A DNA stretch of 64,000 nt from assembly GCA_037447605.1 (NCBI GenBank), contig JBBHKD010000010.1:16987-80986 (forward strand). The letters run 5' to 3'. The stretch's first letter is position 1. Each line of letters starts with the position of its first letter. The stretch comes from Zygnema circumcarinatum SAG 698-1b. Taxonomy: Eukaryota; Plantae; Zygnematophyceae. The notes beneath the pieces are model-generated. The model was not told where the DNA came from. It ran no database searches and saw only the letters and a list, made by a program, of their open reading frames with translations. Positions 23,801 to 34,430 of this stretch are shown piece by piece. A program made the position numbers and the translations under genes.

Positions 23801-26409
23801 TATTGAGTGCTCGATAATCGATGCACATTCGCAAAGACCCATCCTTCTTACCAACGAAGAGGATGGGAGCCCCAAAGGGACTTTGGCTGGGCTCAATCCA
23901 GCCCTTCTCACGCAGGTTAGCGAGTTGCTTTCGCATCTCCTCAGTCTCCTTCGGACTAAGCCTATAGATAGGCCGCCAAGGAGGTTTCTGTTCTGGCTCA
24001 AGGGGTATGGTATGCCCCACCCCTCTGGCTGGAGGCAGACCCCTTGGCAGATCGTCTGGGAATACATCCTCAAACGCTTTCAACAAGGGTTGAAACACAG
24101 TTGGGACAGTTGGCATTGTTTCACCCGCAGTGGGTTGCCACTCCTGGTCCCCGTCATGAGCGTCCTCGGTTGCCGTCATGACTTGCACCATAAACAAGAT
24201 GCTACTGCTTTTAGTGCCTGCCCAATCGGTGATGGCGGAGCAATGTAAACGCATTAAAGATGACCGCGATGCAGGCCGTCCCGGCGAGTGCTCGGTTGTA
24301 AAGTCATGCCTTCATCAGCGCGAGGACGCACTAGGACAACAAAATCTAATCGAAGCGCCCATAAGCCGCCTATTTGCTCCTCAAGATCAAGGCGTCCGCT
24401 CTCGGCTAATACGCCAACAAGCGCTTGACCACCGAGTAAGATCAATCTTCACTTTCACGACGCCGCCGGAATCTCGCCCGCAGGTCTATCCCTAAAGTTA
24501 CACTATCGGAATGGAAGCCGACCGCGAAACCCCTCGCTAGCCCCGATAAAGGCCGCTTAACAAAGTTAGCGGCCCGCTGCCAAAGGTCCAAAGAAACCAC
24601 ATTACTGAAAAGTGTCCATCTACGAACCCCGAAGGTCATGCGCGCATCTACGAGACAAGTGAAATGGACCGTGAGCACATCTCGCGCGCCAGCGCCAAAT
24701 CGCCACACAGGATGAGGAGACTTCCCCAGCACAGTGGTAGAAGCTCCAATCACCCACCTAAGAAGGGAGAAGCCCTTCTTCCAAAGCTTTACCACTTTCC
24801 ACTCAGTCTGTGGATAAGCCTTCACTGCCACGTGTTGTGGGAGCAGTACTCGTAGACTGAGTACATGGTCTTTCGACCGCAGCAAGCGCAAGGCATCAAA
24901 TGCACATTGCACTAAGGCATCACTGCCCATGGCATTCAAGATGATGACATGCCATTTTTTCATCAAGACAGCATTCGGAAATGCTGTTGGAGCCACAAGC
25001 ATAGAAGGTGGCAATGAATAATCAGCAGGGAATGCATCGCACACAAACAACAGATTCCCGCTGAAAACTCCCCCAATCACTTTAAGAATGTCATCCGCCC
25101 TTGGAATACAGCATTCTACGCTAGTGATGGCAGCTAATGCGCTGCCCCCCCTACTGTCAAGCCCACCAGCAGAGACCCCTAAGCTGCCGGTGGGGAGCCG
25201 TTTTCCGCCGGCCCTTTCCCCTTCCTATCCTTCTTCTTCGAAGATGGGCAGCCATAAGACCTATTCCCCACCTTTTCCCCGCAACGGAACACTTGTTTTC
25301 CTCGCCAAGAAGCCTCCATCTCCCCGGTGGAGCAAGTTCTCACGGGCCGTGGCCGTTGGTGCCGGCCACGGGTGAGAGGAAGGAAATTTCCTCTTGCCAT
25401 TTCCCTTAGGTCGGCCGCCCGGCGCACCAGTTTTGCGCGGCTGTTCGACCGTGTCCGCACGCGGCGGACGGGAAGGCCCTGCACCATCTGTAGACCCAGC
25501 GTCAGTTTGAACCGCAGCTGCAAACATCTGCTCGTCATCCATAGGTCCCCAAGGTTCCAAGGTACGAGGATTCAGCCGGCCGTTTCCTCGAACGTGACGG
25601 CCAATCCATGGCCGAACCTGAAGAAGAACTCTTCGTCCGTGGAACTTGGTAATCAAGCCTGGGCCGCACGCACCCCGTGAGGAATTCAGCCACGCCTGGG
25701 CCAGAGCGAGCGACTGAACTCGGCCCCGCAAAGACTGATCCGTGATGCTGGTGCGTTTTGAGAAGTTCACTGAACTTCAAAGTCTTTGCCGACAACGCCT
25801 TTGCGCCGCATGACGCTTCCATGCCACGCTCTCAAAGCGGTGAAGCAAAGTTCACCCATTGATCGGGAGGGCATTGGGTAGCACACAGGTACCCACGCAC
25901 CTGCCCCAGCCAATGATCAATTGGGCAGTCGGCATGCGGCCGATCCCCCCATAAGGAGATCGGAGGGACCTTCGCCCGATTTCTCGGGGGAGGGTCCTGC
26001 AAAGCCGGGGCGGACCCCCCAATGGGGTCGCCCCGTCCGCCANNNNNNNNNNCCGACGTGCGGCGGCGCGCGGCCAGATCTCTGGCCGCGGGATCCGTAT
26101 GTCGGTGCGTCCGTACATCTGTACGGACGACCAGTACGATCCAAAAGAGGGACCGGGGGTGGATACCCATCCCCAAGTACGAGGGGCCCAGCGGGTCTCC
26201 CTCGCGGGTCGGCAGCCATTCTCTCGAATGAGACTAGGCGTCCGGACCGTACGGCTAACGAACCTTTGGCGGTTCGAGCGGAGGACCTCCTTTTGGTCAA
26301 CATAGTATCCCGGAGACCTTACCCCTCGGGTAGGTGCCAGGACGAGAAGACATACATAGTGTGTACTATGTATATGCCTCCCATGGTCTCGCTGTAGCGT
26401 TACGCTACA
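20864..26409 (-). mobile_element. Chromovirus Ty3/gypsy G2, both ends present, nested in copia B
   Basis: TSD GTCAC (20859-20863 / 26410-26414). LTRs at 20864-21635 and 26053-26409 (gapped). Order is gag, extra domain, PR, RT, RH, IN, chromodomain. Confidence 0.93.
22896..24254 (-). CDS. pol: G2 reverse transcriptase and RNase H
   Basis: [64 protein letters not shown]. Confidence 0.95.
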   Translation of the reverse strand: MRLHCSAITDWAGTKSSSILFMVQVMTATEDAHDGDQEWQPTAGETMPTVPTVFQPLLKAFEDVFPDDLPRGLPPARGVGHTIPLEPEQKPPWRPIYRLSPKETEEMRKQLANLREKGWIEPSQSPFGAPILFVGKKDGSLRMCIDYRALNKITVKNRFALPRIDDLLDRLQGAKVFTSLDLAQGYHQIRVTDADFPKTAFRTPIGHFQYKVLPFGLTNAPATFQAVMNEMFVGMDEFVLVYLDDILVFSKTDAEHLVHVRKVFEVLRKHTFYAKRKKCNFMQRELLYLGHILNDQGLKPDPAKVSAVKTWAIPADLHQLRSFLGFANYFRKFIQGFSKLVTPLTNLTRSGVAYAWTPECQTAFDGVRHALVTAPTLRLADPRLPYEVVCDASGFALGAVLFQDDQPLAYESRKMNPAERNYSATEQELLAVVHALRTWRCYLEAVAVTLVP

Positions 26410-26414
26410 GTCAC

Positions 26415-28352
26415 TCACACCATAGAGGAATGCAGCAGTTGGCTGCGAAGGGGTTAGTCCGTGGGCTAGACCCGGGTGTAGTGGAGAAGGAGCTTGGGTT
26501 GTGCCAGGAGTGTGTGGAGGGCAAGGCGCACAGGAGACCATTCGTGAGGAGTGGAGACGAGTCCTATCGAGCGCGAGAAAAGTTGGAATTGGTACATTCT
26601 GACTTGTGTGGCCCAGTTACACCGGCGACCAACGGCGGAGCACGTTACTTCGTCACGTTCCTTGACGATTACTCAAGGAAGATTTGGATTACGCTCCTCA
26701 AGAACAAGTCAGAGGCTTTCGAAGCCTTTCGAGATTGGCTGAACCAGGCGGAGACAGAATCAGGACAAAAGCTGAAGGCTTTGCGCTCAGACAATGGCGG
26801 CGAATTCAAATCGAAGGAGTTCGCAGAGTTCCTGAAGAACCGCGGTATAAGGCATGAATTCTCTGCCCCCTATTCCCCTCAGAGCAATGGAGCAGCTGAG
26901 CGAGTGAATCGGACATTGGGGGACATGGCTCGGACCATGTTGATTGATTNNNNNNNNNNGGAGCGGCCGAGACACGAGGAAACCAGATCGCTTTTCACCT
27001 GGTACCAATCTGATCCAAGAGAGTGCCCTCAGATTCAGCTGACCTTGTGGGAGTTGCTCACTGCTTCATGATTACCGAGCCACAGACCTTTGAGGAGGCG
27101 CACGACGGAGTCGATGGCGATAAGTGGCGGGTTGCGATTGATAGCGAATGGGACAGCCTGATCAAGAACGGCACGTGGAGATTGGAGGAGCTGCCTCAAG
27201 GGAGGCGAGCTATCGGCTGCAAATGGGTCTTCAAAGTCAAGAGGAAGGGAGACAAAAGCGTGGATAGGTACAAGGCGCGTTTAGTGGCGAAAGGATACGG
27301 CCAGCAGTATGGGATTGACTACATGGAGACGTTCGCTCCAATGGTAAAGTTCAATTCCCTGAGAGCCTTGATTTCCATTGTAGCGGCTGAAGGAATGCAC
27401 GTCCATCAATTGGACATCAAGACGGCATTTCTGTATGGTGATCTCACGGAAGAGATTTACATGGAGCAGCCGGAGGGGAAGGTCGTCCCCGGGAAGGAGC
27501 ACCTAGTCTGTCGACTGGTGAAGAGCCTGTACGGCTTGAAGCAGGCGCCAAGAGTGTGGTACGAAAAGGTTGACGATCTTTTGAGGAGGAATGACTTTGC
27601 TCGGTTTGAGACAGATCATTCGGTGTACCGTCAAGGAGAGGGGGCAGACATCATGTTCGTAAGGATCTATGTGGATGATCTAATCATGGTGAGCCTATCC
27701 CTTGAAAGAATCAGATCTTTGAAGGAGTTGCTACAGGCAAATTTCAAAATGTCAGATCTGGGAGAGGCGCAGTATCTGCTGGGAATGCAGCTGAAGAGGG
27801 GGCAGGATGGAAGCTTGTTTCTGTGTCAAAAAAAGTATGCTTCAGATGTACTTGCCCGATTTCGAATGGAGGACGCCACGCCATGCTCCAGCCCCATGGA
27901 GATCGGCACTAGGCTATCGAAGGAGATGTCACCTTCGTCGGATGCGGAGGCACAAAAGATGTTCGGAGTGCCATACAGATCCGCGATTGGGAGTCTAATG
28001 TACTTGATGATCGGAACGCGTCCGGACTTGGCGAAAGCGGTGAGCTCGGCCAGCCGATTCATGGAGAATCCGGGCCTCGAGCATTGGGAGGCAGTGAAGA
28101 GGATTTTCAGATATGTGAAGGGGACGCTCGATTACGGAATCAGGTATGAGAGGGGGCCAACCAGAGTGATTGGCTATACAGACTCAGATTGGGGAGGAGA
28201 TGTCGATACGTCACGCTCGACTTCGGGTTTCGTTTACCTGAATGGAGGAGGAGCGATTTCGTGGAGTTCCAAGTTGCAGGACTCGGTGGCGTTATCGAGC
28301 ACAGAGGGCGAGTACATGGGTGCTTGTCATGCTTCGAAGGAAGGAGTGTGGT
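26415..28352 (+). CDS. pol: Copia B integrase and reverse transcriptase/RNase H (gapped)
   Basis: LELVHSDLCGP, LRSDNGGEF, PQSNGAAER, then RVT_2 motifs with YVDD and TDSDWGG. Confidence 0.92.
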
Positions 28353-29933
28353 TGTAACAACCTGCCCCCTGGCAGGCTGCTCTGTGAGTCTAAGTGTCAA
28401 GAGAGGAAGAGAGAGAGAGAGAGAGGAGCGTGAGCTCAATGCTGGTACAAAGAGCTCGGATGGTCTCCCATCCGGGCGCAGCCCCCTTAAGCTCCCCCCT
28501 TCGAACCCCCTACCAGCATGGAGGACCGGGAGCGGGACTGCCCAATCAGAGCCCGCCGCGTGGCGGTGATCCTTAGCCNNNNNNNNNNCGAGCGGCGCGC
28601 CGACGTGCGGCGGCGCGCGGCCAAATCTCTGGTCGCGGGATCCGTATGTCGGTGCGTCCGTACACCTGTACGGACGACCAGTACGATCCAAAAGAGATCC
28701 TTTGCACGCCACAAGGATCGAGCCCAAGACCTCCTGCGGTCTTGGCAGCGTCCTAACCTATCCGCTAGGCGCTGAGATGAAGGGATAGTCATAGTATCAC
28801 TATGAGTACGCCTCCAGGGTCACGCTGTAGCGTTACGCTACATTACTCCCCCCTGTGAGTACGTGAACGCCCTCGTTCACTGGGGAAAAGTAATCTTGGC
28901 AGCCTGCAGTTTAAGAGGTATTCGTCTCTGTCTGCGGGGTGTACGGGAGGGCCCAGCGTTAATCCCGGCCGGGTTCCCTTTCCGAGTAGCTGTGGACGGT
29001 TCGGAACCCCTAGCTGCCTCCTCGGGCCGGCCACCAAAATGGCCCCGCGCCTCCCAAGATAATCTCGTGAGCTCCTTGCAATTTGTCGATTGTTTCACGC
29101 TCCTAATGCATGGCGTTCAACCCTATAGCCCAACCATTTACGATATTCAGGCGGAAGTCCACCTCTACCACAGCCCCGGGTTTGTATGGTCTCTACCTCA
29201 TACTCGAGGTCACCCTCAACTTCCACTGGAGGGGGAGGTGGTTGGACTCTCCCATCGCTGCGGTATGCCTTAAGAAGACCCACGTGAAAGACCGGATGCA
29301 CTTTCATATGAGCCGTAAAGCCAACCGTGTTTACTCACCACTCCGCTTCACGACCTAAAAAGGTCCCATGAAGCTGAGGCCACAACTTCACGGGTTCCGC
29401 CAGTCTTCGTGCGCAAGTTCGACGCGGCTCGTAAATAGCACTGACGCCTACGCAAATAAGGTTAATGCAGCACCATCACCTATCAGCATAGGCCGCCAAT
29501 CGCCGCTAACAGGCCCGCCTTGCCCCTCTCAGAACGCCTCGACATTTTCCGGAGTGAGCACTAACTACGGAGGTTGACTCCCTGTACCTCTCGCGCCCCA
29601 AGGATCCGAGTCGTGAAACATCCATGTTCCAATATCTGGCTGCTGATCTCTTGGCTGCAGGGGATTTAGAGGATGCTGACCAAAGTTCAAGAAGAAAGGA
29701 GTGGTACCGATTGATTCTTGGAATGCATTATTAATGGCATACTCAGCCACCGGGAGCAGTTCATCCCATCCATCCGGGATGGGTCCCACATAATGCCTCA
29801 AATAGTCTTCCAGAATCCGGTTCACCCGCTCAGTTTGGCCATCTGTCTGAGGGTGGAAGGCTGTACTCATAGCCTGCTTCGTCCCGATAATCCGGAGGAT
29901 TTCTTTCCAGAAATGGCCGGTGAATCGGGTATC
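28353..29933 (-). mobile_element. Second G2-type gypsy (3' LTR 28353-28842 plus integrase/chromodomain) inserted in copia B RNase H
   Basis: TGTAACAACCTGCC end matches 20864, PPT at ~28846, and STAFHPQTDGQTER integrase motif. Confidence 0.85.
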
Positions 29934-31249
29934 NNNNNNNNNNCTGTTATTCCGCTGTGCATATTCTGTGAGGTTCACTCTGTGAGTAAAATGGGCTATG
30001 AGTGAATGTGAGAGTTTGGGAAATGTCATCATCGATTGGAACGCGAACTCCGATGGAAGGTGATGCGAGTGGAGAAGCCGGCAGCAGTGGAGGAGTCCCT
30101 GCACCAACAGCATGCTCAGAGATCACGGTGTTTTTAGGGTGGATTACAAATACCGGGTACTGGCTCTGATACCAATGTAACAAACCCGACCTCAGCAGGG
30201 TTTGAACACAAGACCTCCCGGTACCCACACCAGTGCTTTACCTTTAAAAGGCAACCGCGGATGTAAGTACTAGGCCATACAACACATGTATAGCGTTTCG
30301 CTACAGCCGCCCTCCGTTTTGTCGCCACGTGCGTCTCACACGTGCGAGAGGCGCTTGCACGTGCGTGATGCGCATGGCGACAAGGCGGGGCACGATTCCT
30401 CATCGGCGGATTTGCTGCCTTTTCAACAAAACCGAAACGCAGAGCCTCTGGAGGCCCTACGTTTCGGCGAGCGGATTTCGGCGGATTTCAGAAATTTGGG
30501 GGCATTTTTGAAACCTATTTCGTAGTACGGACGGGACATGACAGGTTTGGGGGAGCCGCGGCTTCCGACCCGAAACCTGGAAACGAAATCAATACCTTTC
30601 CGTATAGGGAATCTTTGAATTTCGTAAGCGATGGTCAAGGTTTGACTGTTGGTAATTCCATAGTGGAACCACCCTCGACAAAGTCGCCTCCACTCGGCTC
30701 TTGAGTCGTAGACATCTTCGCAGCAGCTATTCACGAAGGGAAAGCTCAAGACACATGTAAGACTAGAACACAAAGGTAGAGAAAGCCCCACCGGGCATAA
30801 AACTTTGATTTTCTTTGGGGGTGAAGTACAACAGATTCAAGCAGCCCCTGGCTACTTAATGCAGCTTGCACTACCCCACTTCCTATTTCCCAAGACTAGC
30901 AGCACTATTCCTCTCCTTAACTACAGGCTCGGCCTCAGCTCGCTACACACCCCCATTGGCATGTGGTATGAGGTTCTGAACGTTCCACCTCGCTGCACAC
31001 TACCCCTAGAGTGAGATTGGAAGTTAGTTGGTTCAGCGCAGCTGAGCAGTTATGTAGGTGCGGCAGCATGTGACCGGTGTCACATCTGCCGTCGTGCAAG
31101 GGCCATGCATCCGGCAATAGGGGACCCGTGGCGCTTCGCCGTCGATGGTCCCCTCTTGCGGCCCGTGGAGCTTTTCCGACTGAAGTCCCCTTCGCGGCCG
31201 TCGCGCCTGAGTCGCTATTCCGCCGAAGGTAGGCGGGTTNNNNNNNNNN

Positions 31250-33451
31250 GTCGTCCTTGTCGTTTCTGTACTCCGCCATGCAATTGGGCAGAGCACTAAA
31301 AACGAGTAGCATCTTGTTTATGGTGCAAGTCATGACGGCAACCGAGGACGCTCATGACGGGGACCAGGAATGGCAACCCACTGCGGGTGAAACAATGCCA
31401 ACAGTCCCAACTGTGTTTCAACCCTTGTTGAAAGCGTTTGAGGATGTATTCCCAGACGATCTGCCAAGGGGTCTGCCTCCAGCCAGAGGGGTGGGGCATA
31501 CCATACCCCTTGAGCCAGAACAGAAACCTCCTTGGAGGCCAATCTATAGGCTTAGTCCGAAGGAGACTGAGGAGATGCGAAAGCAACTCGCTAACCTGCG
31601 TGATAAGGGCTGGATTGAGCCCAGCCAGAGTCCCTTTGGGGCTCCCATCCTCTTCGTTGGTAAGAAGGATGGGTCTTTGCGTATGTGCATCGATTATCGG
31701 GCACTCAATAAGATCACGGTAAAGAACAAGTTTGCTGCATGATCTTACGGACGTGCCGCGAGGCGAAGGTGTTCACCTGCGGCTGGGCGCACATAGAGTT
31801 TATCAGATCCGTGTCGCGGGATACGTGGAATTTCCTAAAACGACATTCGGACACCGATTAGTCACTTCAGTACAAAGGTGCTACCTTTTGGACTGACCAA
31901 CGCTCCGGCTACATTCCAAGCTGTGATGAACGAAATGTTCGTCGGCATGGATGAGTTTGTCCTTGTCTACCTGGATGATATCCTGGTATTCAGCAAGACG
32001 GACGCTGAACATCTTGTGCATGTACGCAAAGTGTTCGAGGTGTTGCGAAAACACACGTTTTATGCCAAGCGAAAGAAGTGTAACTTCATGCAACGAGAGT
32101 TGTTGTATCTTGGGCATATCTTGAACGATCAGGGACTGAAACCTGATCCAGCCAAGGTGTCTGCTGTAAAGACATGGGCTGTACCGGCTGATCTTCATCA
32201 GTTGCGGTCTTTTCTTGGATTTGCGAATTATTTTCGTAAGTTTATCCAAGGCTTTAGTAAGTTGGTAACACCTCTTACCAATTTGACACGTTCCGGTGTC
32301 GCGTATGCATGGACACCAGAGTGCCAGACGGCATTTGATGGTGTGAGACATGCGCTTGTGACAGCACCTACGTTGAGGTTGGCTGATCCGCGGTTGCCAT
32401 ATGAAGTGGTATGTGACGCTTCGGGGTTCGCTTTGGGTGCGGTCTTGTTCCAAGACGACCAACCTCTTGCTTACGAAAGTCGCAAGATGAACCCAGCTGA
32501 GCGAAACTACTCAGCCACAGAGCAGGAGCTCTTGGCCGTTGTTCACGCCCTGAGGACATGGCGTTGCTATTTGGAGGGNNNNNNNNNNTTCATGGGACCT
32601 TTTACGGTCATGAAGCGAATCGGTGAGGTCGCTTACCGGTTGGCTTTACCGGCTCATATGAAAGTGCATCCGGTCTTTCACGTGGGTCTTCTTAAGGCAT
32701 ACCGCAGCGATGGGAGAGTCCAACCACCTCCCCCTCCAGTGGAAGTTGAGGGTGACCTCGAGTATGAGGTAGAGACCATACAAACCCACAGGACTGTGAG
32801 TAGAGGTAAGACTTCCCGCCACGAATATCTCGTGAAATGGTTGGGCTATGGGGTTGAACATGCTTGCGTGGGGCATTGAGAGCAATCCTGACTTAAATTG
32901 CAAGAGGGCTCGAGATTATGCTTGGGGCATGGCAGACGCTGGTGGCGAGGCTGATAGGGGGTTCCAGCGGGCACCGTCCCGCAGCTACTTCGGAAAAGGA
33001 CTTGACGGGGATGCGCTGGAGCCCTCCCGTACACCCCGCAGACAGAGACGAATACCTCTTAAACTGCGGGCTGCCAAGATTACTTTTCCCCAGTGAACGA
33101 GGGCGTTCACNNNNNNNNNNATCTGACTCTGTCAGACTTAGCCGTGCGCCGCTGCACGACGGCGCGCCGCGACACGACGCGCCCCGTGAGATGCGGCGAG
33201 ACCACGGGCTTGTCCTCAGCCGATAACTCGGCTAAGGATCACCGCCACGCGGCGGGCTCTGATTGGGCAGTCCCGCTCCCGGTCCTCCATGCTGGTAGGG
33301 GGTTCGAAGGGGGGAGCTTAAGGGGGCTGCGCCCGGATGGGAGACCATCCGAGCTCTTTGTACCAGCATTGAGCTCACGCTCCTCTCTCTCTCTCTTCCT
33401 CTCTTGACACTTAGACTTTCAGAGCAGCCTGCCAGGGGGCAGGTTGTTACA
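31250..33451 (+). mobile_element. G2 gypsy fragment: RT, RNase H, chromodomain, 3' LTR end
   Basis: Near-identical to the 22896-24254 protein. LTR ends GTTGTTACA at 33451. Confidence 0.9.
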
Positions 33452-34241
33452 TAGCGTCTTGTGCGCCCGCGCGCGCGCCCGCGTCTGATATGTCGATTCG
33501 CGTCCGCTCGAGCCGATACTCCGTTTCGTATCGGTACCAGAACTTGTCACGTCACATCTGTTCGCGCGACCAGCCTTGTGGCTTGATGTTCGCGTCTAGT
33601 TCATTATCTGCTAAAGATTATGCGCCAAAACGTTGTACGACCTCTAGCCCCGTACAACACTGACCCCCCCTATTGGTTTGGCGCTGGTCAAGGTCTGACT
33701 CCCCCTAATTTGTCGATTGATGTTTCGACTATCGAGTTACAGCATGTGACGAACTGCAAGTTTGTCAGATACCGCAGCACTGTGATTGGCCTGAGCGATT
33801 ATGATATGGCCAAGTGATGATCTCTGCACACGTGGTTCGTGCCATTGATTGATTATTTTAGCGATATCGGTACTTTGCTATTTGGCGGCATTAGGAACTA
33901 CTGCACAACACTAGCGATCGGGCAGCGCCAGAGTCAACCAGCGCGCAACTTCCTCAAATGTTCCTATACCGGCCACTCGCCGGCCGGCACAATTTTGGAG
34001 TCATCGACGGCGATTTTAAGTTACACAGAAACTCTGCGACGCCCGTCAGCCGATCGCATTCCCATAAGCGTCGCATGGTATCGCCGACGAACGAGGATTT
34101 TTCCACAACAGGCGACATTGCTTGCCGGCCGGCAAGATGGACCCACTGGGCAGCTTCTAGCAGTGGGGCGCGAACAGGAAGGTCGCCGAGAGGGAGAGAG
34201 AGAGAAGAGAAAGAGAGGGGAGGGAGAGCAAGAGAAGCAGG

Positions 34242-34400
34242 AATGGCAAAGCCTGATACCTTCTCGGAAAGTCTGATGGCGGAGATCACTGACAAATTTT
34301 CCGACACAAACAAACTCGGAAATGGAGGCTTTGGATCGACCTACAAAGGCATGCTGTACAGCACCCTTGTGGTTGTGAAGAGGCTGCTGTTGTTAATTAA
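34242..34400 (+). pseudogene. RLK/Pelle-type protein kinase fragment (subdomains I-II)
   Basis: FSESLMAEITDKFSDTNKLGNGGFGSTYKGML...VVVKRL. Ends just before the LTR at 34431. Confidence 0.75.
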
Positions 34401-34430
34401 GGCCCGGTCCGTCTCACTCACTTCACTCAC

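Larger units (their letters stand above)
18407..30109 (+). mobile_element. Ty1/copia retrotransposon, family B (5' LTR 18407-19425; 3' LTR end 29944-30109)
   Basis: TSD GCATG (18402-18406 / 30110-30114), PBS after 19425, domain order gag-PR-IN-RT-RH. Confidence 0.93.
18145..30305 (-). mobile_element. TRIM (453 bp when empty) with 130-bp tRNA-like LTRs, split by copia B
   Basis: LTRs 18145-18274 and 30176-30305 differ at one base. TSD GCCGC, PBS at 30162-30175, PPT next to 18275, no ORF. Confidence 0.92.
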
